DNA of 63,229 bases, filler included, from Rhabdomonas costata (lineage: Eukaryota): NCBI GenBank assembly GCA_019059605.1. It is 39 parts of 39 records of this genome, joined end to end, with 100 filler letters (N's around TTAATTAATTAA, not from the genome) between each part and the next. Parts side by side here need not be neighbours in the genome. Positions count along the whole stretch, not along the records: positions 1 to 1,525 come from JAHMHO010013823.1; positions 1,626 to 3,150 come from JAHMHO010013824.1; positions 3,251 to 4,775 come from JAHMHO010013825.1; positions 4,876 to 6,400 come from JAHMHO010013826.1; positions 6,501 to 8,024 come from JAHMHO010013827.1; positions 8,125 to 9,653 come from JAHMHO010013828.1; positions 9,754 to 11,278 come from JAHMHO010013829.1; positions 11,379 to 12,902 come from JAHMHO010013830.1; 31 more parts are not named here. The stretch is one strand, 5' to 3'. Of the stretch, positions 1 to 12,684 are shown piece by piece. The translations under genes were made by a program, and so were the position numbers. Every line of letters begins with the position of its first letter. Positions within the stretch are counted from its first letter, which is position 1. The notes beneath the pieces were generated by a model. That model ran no database searches and was not told where the DNA came from. It was given only the letters and a program-made list of their open reading frames with translations.

Positions 1-37
1 CAGTGCCGTGTATTTTCCCACATTTATTTGATGCTAG

Positions 38-175
38 GTGGGCATGCTGTTGAACATGAACGCGGGAAAGCTGACCTTCTACATCGATCGCAAGAAGTTT
101 GAGGCGTTTGTCTTCGGGGGTCTTCCAAGAGAGCCTCTGCACTTGTTCGCTGCGCTTCGCTCCAAAGGAACTAAG
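38..175 (+). CDS. Internal exon, C-terminal part of a SPRY/B30.2 domain
   Basis: Bounded by AG (36-37) and GT (176-177). Reads VGMLLNMNAGKLTFYIDRKKFEAFVFGGLPREPLHLFAAL, matching the SPRY pattern vGvlLd.d.G.LtFy.ng......f..lp..plyp.vsl. Confidence 0.65.
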
Positions 176-1525
176 GTGCGGAACGTTTGTGAACCTTTCT
201 CACTCGCGCATGCTGTGCATCTTGCCATCTTCTAGAGCGCAGAGTACTTCCCCGACGATTTTGGATGGGTGCCGTCGTACGGCATCGCTCATTCCAGTTT
301 GGGGTGAGATTCTCAGAATTCGTGGGGGTACTGATTGGGTGTAGGCTGGAGGTTGAAGGGAGCCTGTGGTGATGCGCCAGAGAATGACCCTGCACGCTCA
401 CCGTGGGTGGAACGTGGGTGGGCGTCCTGGAAACCCGGCCTGATATTCAGGCCTCATATTTTGTGCGCTCTGCTATGGCTGTTTCTCAGGTTGTAATCCA
501 CCCTGAGGCTCGGGCACCTATTTAGTAAAAATGAGATGTCTGTGCAAGGGTAAAGGCGAGCCTTCTGGAAAAAAAAGTGTTATAGCGTTTCTTTTTGTTT
601 GAAAGTCCCTGCTGTACATAGCATGTGCTTCATCCTCTTTCCTGCGAGGAACCCCCAGCTTAGTTGCCCACGAGCAGGGACATTTTTTTTTGGCATTGAG
701 CTTCGCCTTAGCCTTGGGCTTTGCACAACCCTGTTGCTTCTTGCCACCCTGGCTTTTACCTTTTCAACCTTAGTTTTGCTCTTTTCCGAGTTCTCGTGAT
801 ACCGTCCGATGAACAGCCCCGCTGTAGTTGTCGTGGAAAGAAGGAGAGGAGAATGTGTGGTGGTTTTGTAGTAGCCTGACGCCCCCCACGTTGGCGGCCT
901 TTGTGGAAAAATGGGTCTACCGCTTTCTGGTGGCCCCCCACCCACTGGGGTGCCGAGCGCTTCTTGAATGTGCTCTTTTGCCCCTCACCCGGATGCGCAA
1001 TGGCACAAGCCCCCTTCGTTGATGTTTTTAGTCTGGTGGGACGGGATCCACCCCCTGTTCTCAGGACTCCTCCGGTTCTGTCTGAACGGAAGCTCTTCAG
1101 CTTTTTTTATTACCGTGACTCTCTTTTGCAGTCTTCCTGGGAATGCCCCCCCCCCCAAGGGATTGGCCGCATTCAGCATGTCAAGCAGTGCAGGATTTTT
1201 GCGAGCGGATGCAGGTGAATTATTCGATTTTGAATAAACTGACTCATCGGACGAATCGTGTGGTTGGAGTTGGCGGGTATTTACATTTGCATTGCTTTAT
1301 TTGTTGGCATGTAGCAACGGCAAAGTACATGGTCGCCTGCCGAAGCAAGCGTTGGCTTAAGGTTATCAAATAATTCTGGTGACGCCACCAAACCGCCATT
1401 TTGACTCACGGGAGCACGAAACCAAAACTATGTTTCGGAACCAACAAGTTGACACAAATCGAAGTTCACAAGGATGGGTTGTCTTCCTCGTGGTTGTCCC
1501 TCCCAAATTTAGCTCACACACCCCC

Positions 1526-1625
1526 NNNNNNNNNNNNNNNNNNNNNNNNNNNNNNNNNNNNNNNNNNNNTTAATTAATTAANNNNNNNNNNNNNNNNNNN
1601 NNNNNNNNNNNNNNNNNNNNNNNNN
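1526..1625. other. Artificial contig spacer (first of 38, recurring about every 1.62 kb)
   Basis: 44 N + TTAATTAATTAA (stops in all six frames) + 44 N. It repeats throughout the window and separates contigs of about 1510-1530 bp. Confidence 0.99.
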
Positions 1626-4600
1626 GGTGGGGGGGGGCAGGAAGGTGAGTTCTTTGGGCTGTCCATCGCCCACAGAGGACGTTGAGGACAGAAGAAGAGT
1701 GAGTGAGAACGAAACTAGGAAGACAGTGTGGATACTCAGGATTCATACAAGGAAAAATGACAAGAACGGGTAGCCTGTGAGACCGGAAAGAGGTAAGAAC
1801 GCCTGAGAACGTGACATTGGACCGCTGAAAGGTCACAATGTCCCTTAAGAAATCAAAATTCAGGGGCATTTGGATTTTTGAGGATAAGACGTTAAATGTC
1901 TGGCACTGCCAGCGTTCAACACCCTTCGCAAAATAAATGCAAATCACCCCCAAGGTCGAAACCGCAAATTGGAGAGATGGCCGTAGGACGGCAGGAAAGG
2001 AGACGAAACCCCTATTACCACACGCCACAGTACCCGGAAGTACCCAAAACACACCACGAGGTTGAGCACTCTCTATGCTCGTTACAAACGGGGTGATTCG
2101 GGGCCTCGTATACTACCCACAGTTCCCACCCCTTCCGCAGCCCATCAGAAGGAGCTTGAGACGCCCCAGCTTGCCCCGCTTCTGGGGTGGCGGAGAACAC
2201 ATGGCTGCACCGTCCATGCCGCTGCCGCTGCCGCCGCCTGACTTGACGTTTAGGGGATGCTGCGGCGCAGGACTGAACTGCTTCGCAGGGTGATCTGGCG
2301 GAAACTCGCTCAGGCTGCGGAGGGAGGGTGCATTGGTGTGCGCAAGCAATCAATGGAAGTCTACTAGGGTCTCAAGGACTCACCACGCGTCCTTCGACCC
2401 TACTAACCATCCAAGGACTTATTATCATTATTATCATTATCCTCTCTCCCAGTTTCTCTGTCACATAACCCCACCGAATTTCGGTTGCTCTTCTCTTGTG
2501 CAGGAGGTTATGCGTTCCAGGATTGCTATTCTTCGCACCGCCCTCTACGCCTCTATCCCACTCACCACCTCTGAGCCACCTCCTCCCTGCAAGCTGCTTT
2601 GCCTTTTTTTCACCTCCTTTTCCGGCCGTATCCACTGCTTTTTGCACGCAGAATTGATCGATGTCAGTATCAGCAGGCGGATAGCATTTCATGTCTACAC
2701 ATATTTCTCCGCGAAGGAATTTTTTGCACCTGGGTATTCCCACCTACTCAGGATAAAGGCGGAATGGCATAGAACACCTCTTCCTGAGGGGGTCAGGATC
2801 CGGTATTGGGAAGAGGCACTGCTCAAACTTAACCACTTCGGCGTCGCGGGAGGCGGCAAAGCTCACGTGGAGTGATCGAGCAGGACTAGCCTTTCCTCTG
2901 GCCCACCTGCGTGGGGTGGACTGAGGGGTCTGCAGCTCGGTAGAGGGGCAGAATGACGGAGAGGAGCACAGGGAGGTACCCGAGACAACGCTCGCAGGGA
3001 GACTTAGGCTCGAGGCAAGGCCGGGGAGCACAGAGCCTTTCTTCGGGCCGCAGCTGCGCGGAGAGCCGCCGTTGAGCTTCGGGGAAAACACCGAGACTTG
3101 ACCACTGTAGTTCTTTGTAGTCTGAGCCCAAACACAGCATCATAAAAACANNNNNNNNNNNNNNNNNNNNNNNNNNNNNNNNNNNNNNNNNNNNTTAATT
3201 AATTAANNNNNNNNNNNNNNNNNNNNNNNNNNNNNNNNNNNNNNNNNNNNTTTTGGTGTGCGTGTGGGTTTGATGAGTGGTGTGGGTGTATTGCTGCTTG
3301 TTTTGGGTTTTATGTTTTTCTATGAGTTGAAAGTTCATGAGTGGTTTGTGGGCCTAGCTGTCCATATATGTGTGTGGGTTGTTTGGGAGATGTGGAATGT
3401 GCGCATGTTTTTGCGGTTATGGGATGTAATTGTGGTGTGCGTGGTGGTGTTGCGGATATAATGTGTGGAATTGGGGCTCAGAAGTTGGATATGTTTCTTT
3501 GGTTTGGTGTGGTGATGATGCGGTTGGTGATGGTTGGGTGTGTGCGTTGACAGATGGTGTTTTAGTGACGTCTTGTGCTTCGGTGGTTTTTGGTGATAGT
3601 TTTGCTTCCATATGTATTGATTGTGTGGATGTGTGTTCTATGGAGTGTGTGTGCTTACCCATGGGTTTCGTTGCTTGTCCATCTGTGATTACTACGTGTG
3701 GGTTTTGGTGTGCTATTGAGTGTGAGGTGTGTGCAGTGGTAGAGTGTGTGGTCTCCTGTGTTTTTGACTGTGGGTTGGGTGCTGGGTGTATTGACAAGGT
3801 GTATTCGTCAATTGCAACTTTTAGTGCCATTGTTACGTTGGGTTCTGCGATTCCTATGGTTACTTGGAGTGGGTGGTGTGTACAGGTGTATTGGTGTCTC
3901 ACTGCAGACTTGGGATTTGCTATCACAAGCCTTGAAGCCACAAGTAGTCACATTTGCGTACAATGATGCAGTGGCGTCTGCTTGCCAATGCTGCGCAGAA
4001 GTAAAGTGTGTTAGCACAAAGTGTTTTGCTAACACAAAATTAGCACATGAATCCTGAGCTTGCTGATTACTGATTGCAAACCACAGTTAATGGTATATTT
4101 GTAATCGGAGTGATAGATGGGATGCTCAATATTAGCAAAAAAAAATAAGAGTAATGGATGAATTATTTGAGAAGCTAACGCTGTTAGATCTACAAATGAT
4201 GCTAACATTGCCGGATTTCCTCAATCACAATACTATGTATTTTGCAACTACTACTGTTTTCTGTCAAAGAAACTAACACTTGCGTTTTGTTTTCTGAGTT
4301 GTCCAAACTTTGAATTTTTTGTTGAGGTAAAATATTAGTTTTAGCAAATTCTAATACTTTTATTTGCGCTTAAACTAAGCAAACATTTAAACACAGCCAT
4401 TCGTGAGCTTCAAACTGCTTCATTAGCTGAGAAATGATCACTGAAATGCAACCACGGCGCAAGTGTTTAATGAAGTTGAATGAGTTATAGTCTGTTACGA
4501 AAACAGCTTACACATATATCAGAGGTTTATTCCTAATTACTAAATGTCAGTGTGTGTTTTTAGTAGTATTGAACTAAATTCTTATTCACATTCATAAAAA

Positions 4601-6500
4601 TTTGCTAAACTGTACTTTAGACAAATTTATTTTGTTATGTGTGAGTTCATATATGTGCTCACCACATAAGGGTCTTGCTTATTTAAATTTCTACAAGGCA
4701 TGGCGTTTCAGCAGTCAGAAGACCAAAAGAACAAGAGTTAAAGTTACTTAATCAGCAAATATCCACACAAACACANNNNNNNNNNNNNNNNNNNNNNNNN
4801 NNNNNNNNNNNNNNNNNNNTTAATTAATTAANNNNNNNNNNNNNNNNNNNNNNNNNNNNNNNNNNNNNNNNNNNNCTGTAAGAAATGAAGAGGGTTGTTG
4901 TGTGCGATGAATTTCTTTTTGGCCCCCTCCCCCAGCCCATTCCCATGCCTTTCTCCGTGGCGCTAGCCGGGCGCTTCTGCTTGGCGGTGCAAAATCTTGC
5001 AATGAACACAGACCATCAACAGTCCAGTCCACTCCGCATCACAATGGAAAGCAGCGAAATTGCAGAGAGAGAGAGAGAGAGAGGAGAGAAACAGGAATGG
5101 AAGAATAGCAGGCTGCGAAGTGGAAATGTGTAGTCTGGGGGCACCTTTGGGCCGAAGAGCCTGCGCGAGAGGGTCAGGGGCACCTTTCTCTCTGTGTTAA
5201 ATTGTAAGGCCATTCAGGTTTCCGCACGCGACACTGACTGCCGTGATTTTGCTCCGCTCAGCCCTAAAACGTGCTCTAACTGCTCCGACAAAAGTCTCAC
5301 TGGAGCCTACTACTCTCTCATGATGTTATACAGAATAACGCTGTTAAACGGCCAAGGGATGAAATGGTGGAAGAGTGGGAGAGGTTTATGGCTGAGGGTG
5401 CACACAGACGTGCGCACAATCGCATGTACAAGCATACCAGACTCACACCACAGGCATACCCTGGGCCTCGGGACTGGGTGGGGTCCACACGAGGATCTCG
5501 AGCTGCTGGCCCTCAGCGATGACCACAGTGCGCTGCTCTGGGGCGGGGACGCCATGCGGAATCACCCCGAAGCGGCCTGGAGGCAGGCAAAAACACTTCA
5601 AGTGGCCGCAGCCGCTGATACAGGCTTGATGTGCAATGTATTTGCCTAAAAGCCCTCCTTGCCTCCTCGCGCACAGTTCTACACCGTCCCCTTTCAGCCA
5701 TATGAAGCAGACACGAATTTAAATTGCACAGTGCATGACGGCGGCGGCCTCCTTTACAGCCAGGACACAAAACATTCGCGACACCTCCAAAAAGCCGGCT
5801 CATCAGCCGAAGCAGCCGCCCCACAAGCAGCGCCATGCACAACATGAGCATCTGGGCGACCCCCCGAAGCTCTCGAGGGGAGGTCGTCATCTTTTCTCCA
5901 CAACAAGCGCAACACACCATCCCACTCAGCACTTCACACTGATACGGAAGGGGCAGAGGGAAGAAACAATTACATCGACACCACAAAAAACCCAGGAGTG
6001 GACTGGACATTCGCCCCGAGACCCCGCGAAAGTTTCCCTACCGGAACTCGAGTGTTCATACTCACACCAACCCGGGACATAACCACCACTGTTTCTTCCA
6101 TCGCCCGGGCAAAATTTCCTCGTATTGGATGTCATGCTGCTACTTCCCAGAGATGGACAGAGTGCACATGGTACGGCGAAATAAGGCAGTCACGGAGCGT
6201 TTTCCGAATATTTCACCGTGCGGGTTAATTGCGTGTTCCCACAATTTATGTTCCGTGCCCGCGGCGACAACAAAAAGGCAGCTGTTTGCCCGAAAAATTC
6301 ACGGCTACCCCGCGGAAAGTGGTGAGAAAGACCCGAGAAAAGCGCAATCGGCTCTTCCTCGGGTGTAAACAGACCTTTTTATGTTCATGGAAGCCGGGGT
6401 NNNNNNNNNNNNNNNNNNNNNNNNNNNNNNNNNNNNNNNNNNNNTTAATTAATTAANNNNNNNNNNNNNNNNNNNNNNNNNNNNNNNNNNNNNNNNNNNN

Positions 6501-6816
6501 GTTTTGGGTGGTAATTCAGCGGGGAGACGGAAACCCGGGCACAACCCTGCTCCACCAGAGTGCCCTGCACCCACTGCCCGTCATCGACAAGGACACGACG
6601 TAGCCGGGCATTTCCACGGGGGTCGTGACCTGCTAGAATAGCTGAGATGGGGCGGCCAAGAAGCAGGTTCCGCAGGACTGCTGGAGGGTTTAGGTCCGTG
6701 CCCACGACTTCAGCGGAGTGGGGCACGGTGATCCCGTCGAGGACGGCGAAAAACCGCAACGCGGGCAGCGCGGAGGGCTCGGCGTCGGAAACCCGCAACC
6801 GACCACGTTCGAAAAC
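6501..6816 (-). CDS. Exon encoding a staphylococcal-nuclease (SNase/Tudor-SN)-like domain, partial
   Basis: Follows a minus-strand CAG acceptor. Reads ...LDGITVP...LRNLLLGRPISAILAGHDPRGNARLRRVLVDDGQWVQGTLVEQGCARV, resembling SNase L.gI.aP...Lr.ll.gk.v.....D.yGR.l..v....g..v...Lv..G.A.v. Confidence 0.55.
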
Positions 6817-7758
6817 CTGAACACAGAAGTGGGAAGCAAAGTTGCCTTTCGGGAGTACTGCACAGAGCACGAATGATGCGCCGCATAAGGAATCCGGAAA
6901 AGGGTGCGCAGAGGATGGGTGCTTCCTTTCCTTCGGACCACACAAGGTAAAATGCATCAGCATCACTCGTTGCTTGCATGGACAGTAGGTGTGGTCTAGT
7001 TTCCACAACAAAAACCAAAATGATTGCTGGCGGCATTAAGAGGAGAAAAACGTGAAAAAAAATGAAAAAATTAGAAATGGCCACGGGATCGTTTACGTCG
7101 CGGTTTACGGTCTCCGAAACATTTCTATGTTTTGCCATCCAGTGGCAGTGGTGCGCTCCTGCCCATTGTATCGCAATCCGTCACCCTGGGACACATCGTG
7201 TTCGCAACCACCAGTCCTGGCAGGATCGAGCCATTAATACACACAGCCGCTCACCAGGAAGTCACTTGCGGGAAAACATATCGTCACTACAAAAAGGGAT
7301 AGTGTTTTCTTCATTGAATCCTGAGTGAAGCTGCAAAAGCAAAGGATGCACGCCCAAACCTCCTCCACGGTGTAGGAACGGGGTTTCGTCGTAGACCCAG
7401 GCGAGGAGAAAGAACCCTGTGTCTGCAGGCTGTACAGACCATCCCCCTGGAACTGTGTGGTGAGCTGGCTGAGCTGAAACACAAGCAAAGAAATTAAAGG
7501 AAAAATGGTTGCAAGAGACAAGTTGAAAGAGAATTTGGTTCATCAGAACGTCTTGGTTTCCAAGACGCCTGATGGCTGCACCGAAGCACACCCCGGGGCC
7601 TTTTGTACACACAAAAGAGCTTCCCAAGCAATGCGTCCTTGGGCCGTGAGGGGTCAGGATTTCCGCGGTTTTTTTTCGGCGTTTCGTGTCCCTTTTGCGT
7701 CGCGCCACATACAGCGGAAGGTGTAACGACAGCACACAACGAAGTAACAAAAAAAACA

Positions 7759-8016
7759 ACCCACGCCAAACGGGGCCAGGCAAATGGCTCGAGGCCATAC
7801 CATACAAAAGATATGGACAAACAACGAATGGCGCTGCTGTCGTTGCTCTGACTGTGCGCTAAGAGCCTGTAGCAAAGAAGAAATCACACCCACGCCAAAA
7901 GGGGCCAGGCAAATGGCTCGAGGCCATACCATACAAAAGATATGGACAAACAACGAATGGCGCTGCTGTCGTTGCTCTGACTGTGCGCTAAGAACCTGTA
8001 GCAAAGAAGAAATCAC
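7759..8016. repeat. Tandem duplication, 2 x 129 bp, near-identical
   Basis: 7759-7887 and 7888-8016 differ at only about 2 positions; located at the contig end. Confidence 0.95.
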
Positions 8017-8169
8017 CCCCCCACNNNNNNNNNNNNNNNNNNNNNNNNNNNNNNNNNNNNNNNNNNNNTTAATTAATTAANNNNNNNNNNNNNNNNNNNN
8101 NNNNNNNNNNNNNNNNNNNNNNNNGGAGGTGTGGGTATGGGTATGGTTACGTTGGGTCATGGTGGTGCT

Positions 8170-8530
8170 AGGGTGCGTAGGGTGGCTAGTGTTGGCGATG
8201 CAGGGGCTGTTGGTGGTGCGTTTGGTCCGTAGTCGGTGTCGTTGGGTGCTGCGTGTCGTACTTCGGTGTGGCTTTGGGTGTTGGATATGTGGTGCTTGTC
8301 GGTCTTCTGTCTGGAGGTCAACCATGTCGAGTCTCTGTAGTGGGTCCTTGTTGCTAGTTTCGTGGGTACGTTGGTGTGGTCCATGGGAGGTGCTGCTGCT
8401 TCAACTTCATCTGTTCAATCGGTATCGCAGTTGCTTGGTAGCCGGGTTTTGGGGCGTCAGGGTCATACATAGGGTGTGTTTGTTGCTGTTGCTGTAGGGG
8501 TATTGTATTCGTGCGTAGGGTGTCAGGATG
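8170..8530 (+). pseudogene. nad5: Heavily decayed mitochondrial nad5-like fragment
   Basis: Across frameshifts and in the correct order: GWLVLAMQG (~WLpdAMEGP), SVSQLLG (~STxSQLG) about 240 nt later, then GH...AVGVLYSCVGCQD (~H...GV.IH...G.QD). Confidence 0.4.
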
Positions 8531-9156
8531 TTGGGTTAGGGCGTTGTTGTGTGGGGTTTGTGCTGTCGTTGCTGTTGATGTTGCTGTGCTTGTTGTAGGC
8601 TACTGTTAACCATGCTCACTCTCAACCATGCCGTACCCGTCAACCATGCTCTCCGTCTCCTGTAGTTGTACCTGTGGCTGTGTCTGTACCTGTTCCTCTT
8701 ACTCTATACGTGTGTGTATCTGTTCTTGTTGTTACTCTGTGTGAACCTGTTGTTGTTAGTGCTTGTGCTGTGGAAGTGTTGTTGGGCTGATGGTATGCTG
8801 GTGTCAGGGTTCAGGGCTAATGTTATGCTGGTGTCTGGATCTTGGGCCAATCTCGTGCTGGGCTAATCTCATGCTGTTGTTCTTCTGCTTCGTGTTACGC
8901 GTAATGGTAGTGTTCGTGTTAGTGTTACTGTGCGAAGGTTTAGGGTTAGCGTTACTGGTAGTTTGGTTGTTGGTGCTTAGCGTTACCGTTACTGTTACTG
9001 TTGTTGTTGTTGTGCGTAGGATGATGGCTTGTTGTGTTGAGGCGAAGGGTTAGCGTGGTATCGTGTTGGTCGAAGCGTCGTTACTGTTAGGTCCGAGGGG
9101 TTGTGTTGTCATGCCTTGTGTTAGTGCTTGTCCTGTTGTGTGTCCACGTATCTGTA

Positions 9157-9458
9157 CAACCAGATCCCCACACCAATACACCAGATCGCACCACGAGACA
9201 ACGAAGAGCCATGCAACAAACAACGGATCATATGAGAATACACGCACATGAAGAACACAGAAGCACCATTCGCATGAAGACCGCACAACACCACCCCAGC
9301 ATCCAATTCCCAACCCACAGCCACCACACTCGAAAACGCTCGGCAGAAGGACAATACCAACACGCAAGCACAAACCCCGTAGCCAATTGCACACCCACAC
9401 ACATTCCCGCACAGAACCCCAATGACTAGCCTGGAGACAACAACGCCGTCGTACTATA
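9157..9458 (-). pseudogene. cob: Mitochondrial cytochrome b N-terminal fragment, with a frameshift and an in-frame TAG
   Basis: Reads YSTTALLSPG*SLGFCAGMCVGVQLATGFVLACWYCP, then after a frameshift AFSSVVAVGWELDAGVVLCGLHANGASVFFMCVYSHMIRCLLHGS...IWCIGVGIWL. The heme-ligand region HANGAS..F..vY.H is clear. Confidence 0.88.
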
Positions 9459-12182
9459 CGCCCTCTTAGATACTACTTGCAACACAGCGAAAGAACCCAG
9501 CAAACAACGGAACCTTGACCCCGAACCCCGAAACCCGAAGACAGAATGCCGAATGCCGATACGCCGATACCCTACGCTCCTCAACTCGCAGACACACATG
9601 CACCCAAGAACTCAACCCAACCCCGAAGACAGAAACCAATGGATAAGAACAATNNNNNNNNNNNNNNNNNNNNNNNNNNNNNNNNNNNNNNNNNNNNTTA
9701 ATTAATTAANNNNNNNNNNNNNNNNNNNNNNNNNNNNNNNNNNNNNNNNNNNNGGTGGTGTGTGTTTGCGTGTGTGCTTGTGCTGTCTTGGAGTGAGGAA
9801 GGTCCCTCCGTTGACCTTCCGGTGAGCGCAAGTCCACAGCGTTCACCTGTCGATAGGAATTTATGTACAGCCTTCAGTGCTTTCACGTTTGTGCGGACAC
9901 GTGTTGCTCAGGTATGCTTGTTATTCTGATTTTTGCGGAATAAAGATATCTTCTTGTGAATTGCCCCAGTCCTGAAAGTACCGCATGAAGGCTTTTGGCA
10001 GAAATTCGTTTCGAAGAGGAAAACAAGGGCACGCTGCACACCCCTTTCATTTGATCTGAACGAGTATTTACTACACGCATTGACAGTCCTTTCTCTTATC
10101 GCTGTTCTGTGGGTTCTACCAGGTGGGCCTAGCTAGCCTCTGCAGCCGGCCTCTGGAACCTCATCAATCGTCGCGAACCTCATTGGAAATGTGGAGGGAG
10201 GCGGAGTGGGACCACTTATTTCGGCCCAAAACCTCGCCCCATTCGCTGGGTGACATCCGCGGTGGTCACTCCCGGACCGGACCGGACCGGACCAAACAGG
10301 AGACCTAACATTGACCTCAGATCCTGAGCTGGAATGATGGGTTGGGGCTCAAATTTGGTGGTATGGTAGTACTCCTGGGATGATTTGGTTGGCCGCTTCC
10401 CGGCTTCCGAATCCTAATCTACGCCGAGATATGGCCCCATCAACTCCTTTCACTCGAAAAACCCTCTAACGAAATGCACTTTTGGCCAAATGACCTTTCC
10501 GGCCATTCCCACGTGAGCATTGCTACGTTTTTCCATGCACAATACCCGTTGTCTTTTTCGGGCTTTTCTTCCTGCTTTTGGTTTCCTTTGGTACCGCTTT
10601 TCACCAGCGGACAATTCGACTTGTTATGAAATTTTCTACCCCATTAGACCAAAACTGCATGAATCTATGCATGAATAATTGGAAACCCCCTTTTGCAAGA
10701 CCAAAACCCCCATCCCCGCAAAACTACCGAATTCGATCAAAAACTTAGGCCAATGAATTATTGTAAATATTTCCCATTCTTTTCATGCAAATTCGCCTTC
10801 CTTTTCCAAGTTTTCAAACTTTACTCCAACCTCTCAATTTCCTTTTCCTAATCCAAAAGGAACACTCGTTGCAATGTGTTTTTTGTTCCATCTAACGCTT
10901 TTATTTTGGGATTGGGGAAGGACTTTTAACTAAATTTCCACCGAAATCAGCAAAGTATTTTATAAAGTGCGTTAGTTTCAGTAAACCGGTCCCCCCGCCA
11001 ACACGAGGTTCGGAAAACCGAGCCCGATCATTTGGCTGGGCTTTGTTTTTCTCGTTATTTGCGCCTTTTGTTGGAGTAGCCGCGGGTCAGCAAAAAACCG
11101 CGAGCGGGGGAGGGGTCCCTGCGAGCGCCAAAAAAACGTGTACTCCACTAAAACGCCCACAAAAGCAAAATCCCGACCCTTCCTCTTCTACCCCAACCGG
11201 ACCAGTTGCCAGCTTCCAGCCTAGCCAGGTTGGCGGCTTACCGGGCCAAGGGTGCACCCTTTTGACCGCGTCCATGGTNNNNNNNNNNNNNNNNNNNNNN
11301 NNNNNNNNNNNNNNNNNNNNNNTTAATTAATTAANNNNNNNNNNNNNNNNNNNNNNNNNNNNNNNNNNNNNNNNNNNNTTTTGTTTTGTTTTGATTCATT
11401 GTGTGCCTGTGAGTTGCTCTCCTGCTTGCTCGCCTCAGGTGGTGTGTGGAATATGTATTCTGCCCGAGGGGAGCATTTCTTCACCTACACAAACAGCACA
11501 CATCAGCGGATTGATCTTCGAACTACACAGGCTCTCGAGGGCTGGATAACCTTCGCTTGCCTTTGGATGGTTCGGTTGCCTGTTGCGGTGCATTGCTTTC
11601 TTGGAGGTTCTCCCGAATAGGTCGGATCGTGCGCGTGCGAGCATCGCCGCGCTGACACCTGATTAGTTCTGCCCAGACTAGTTGACCTGTTAGTTCTTTG
11701 CTGTAGGTGAGTAGCAAAAGAGCTCAATGTGGCCTATCACGCAGCTTCAATGATGCGTATCGAGATAGGCTACGCCAACAGTTCGGTTGCGGGCAACGAA
11801 AGGCGAAAAGCGATGCTTGAATTTCCAATCCAATGAACATGGAATGATGGAAAATTTTCGCTGGTAAGGACATAAAACATAGATATGGGAGCTCCAAGGG
11901 TTTTTACTGTCGCATTCGGCAACCAGAGTATTCGTCTCTCCTGCGGATGAGTTTGGACCCGGTGGCATCGCATTAATTTGTGCCTTTGTTTTCATGGAAA
12001 TGTGCCTGCCCAAAACTATGTCATTCTATGCTGGCCTGGAAAACTCGCTTAATTTCATGCCATTATTCAATCAATGCCCAGAGGGAATTTTCAGTCTTCT
12101 GTTGTTTGTCAGTGCTCCGATTTCCTGTATTGTGGTGTTGTTTTCTTAACCGTCGTTAGATCCGTGAGCAGTCCAGATCACA

Positions 12183-12684
12183 ATGCCCGAGCAGGTTGGG
12201 CTGCTGGGGTGCGGGAAGATGGGTGCGGAGGTGGCGAGGCACCTGAATAACCTGATGAAGTCCGAAGGGCAGCACCTCCTGATCTACAACCGCACGACAG
12301 ACACACCCACCGTGCGGAGCCTTCAGGGTCTCTCTCTGTCCCTATCTTTTTCTGATATACTCCTTGATATGGCCGATATGCTTTGGTTTTGCGAAGTCTT
12401 CAGGAAATAAACAGATTCAATTTTGAAAATTTTGAAGAAGGAAGGCAGCGACGAGCTTGCAGTGTATGTCCCTGTTTGCCTGCTCCCACGGGGTTGGAAT
12501 TGGTCCGGAGATATCCCGCCACACTTGTGTGCGGGGGTTGGCGTTTGTGTGCTTCTTTGTGGGTTTTGCAGACGAAGGGGCGGTGCTGTGCTCGTCTCCG
12601 GCGGATTTGGCATCTAAGTGCACCCTGATGTTTAGCCTGCTGGCCCACGACAAGGCAGCTCTTGATGTTGCTGCTGGGGACAAT
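12183..12684 (+). CDS. Beta-hydroxyacid dehydrogenase (3-hydroxyisobutyrate/6PGD NAD-binding family), exons 12183-12327 and 12572-12684, 3' partial
   Basis: MPEQVGLLGCGKMGAEVARHL...IYNRT (Rossmann GxGxMG, YNRT) joins through a GT-AG intron to DEGAVLCSSPADLASKCTLMFSLLAHDKAALDV. Confidence 0.85.

Noticed and set aside
1720-2390. Possible tyrosine-recombinase remnant (WILRIHTRKNDKNG...NSLRLRREGA...QWKS)
   Set aside because: The motifs are too degraded and wrongly spaced, with many stops. It cannot be supported without a profile search.
7759-8016. Cys-rich 43-aa repeat protein (MARGHTIQKIW...)
   Set aside because: It is only the translation of a terminal 129-bp duplication, with no independent coding signal.
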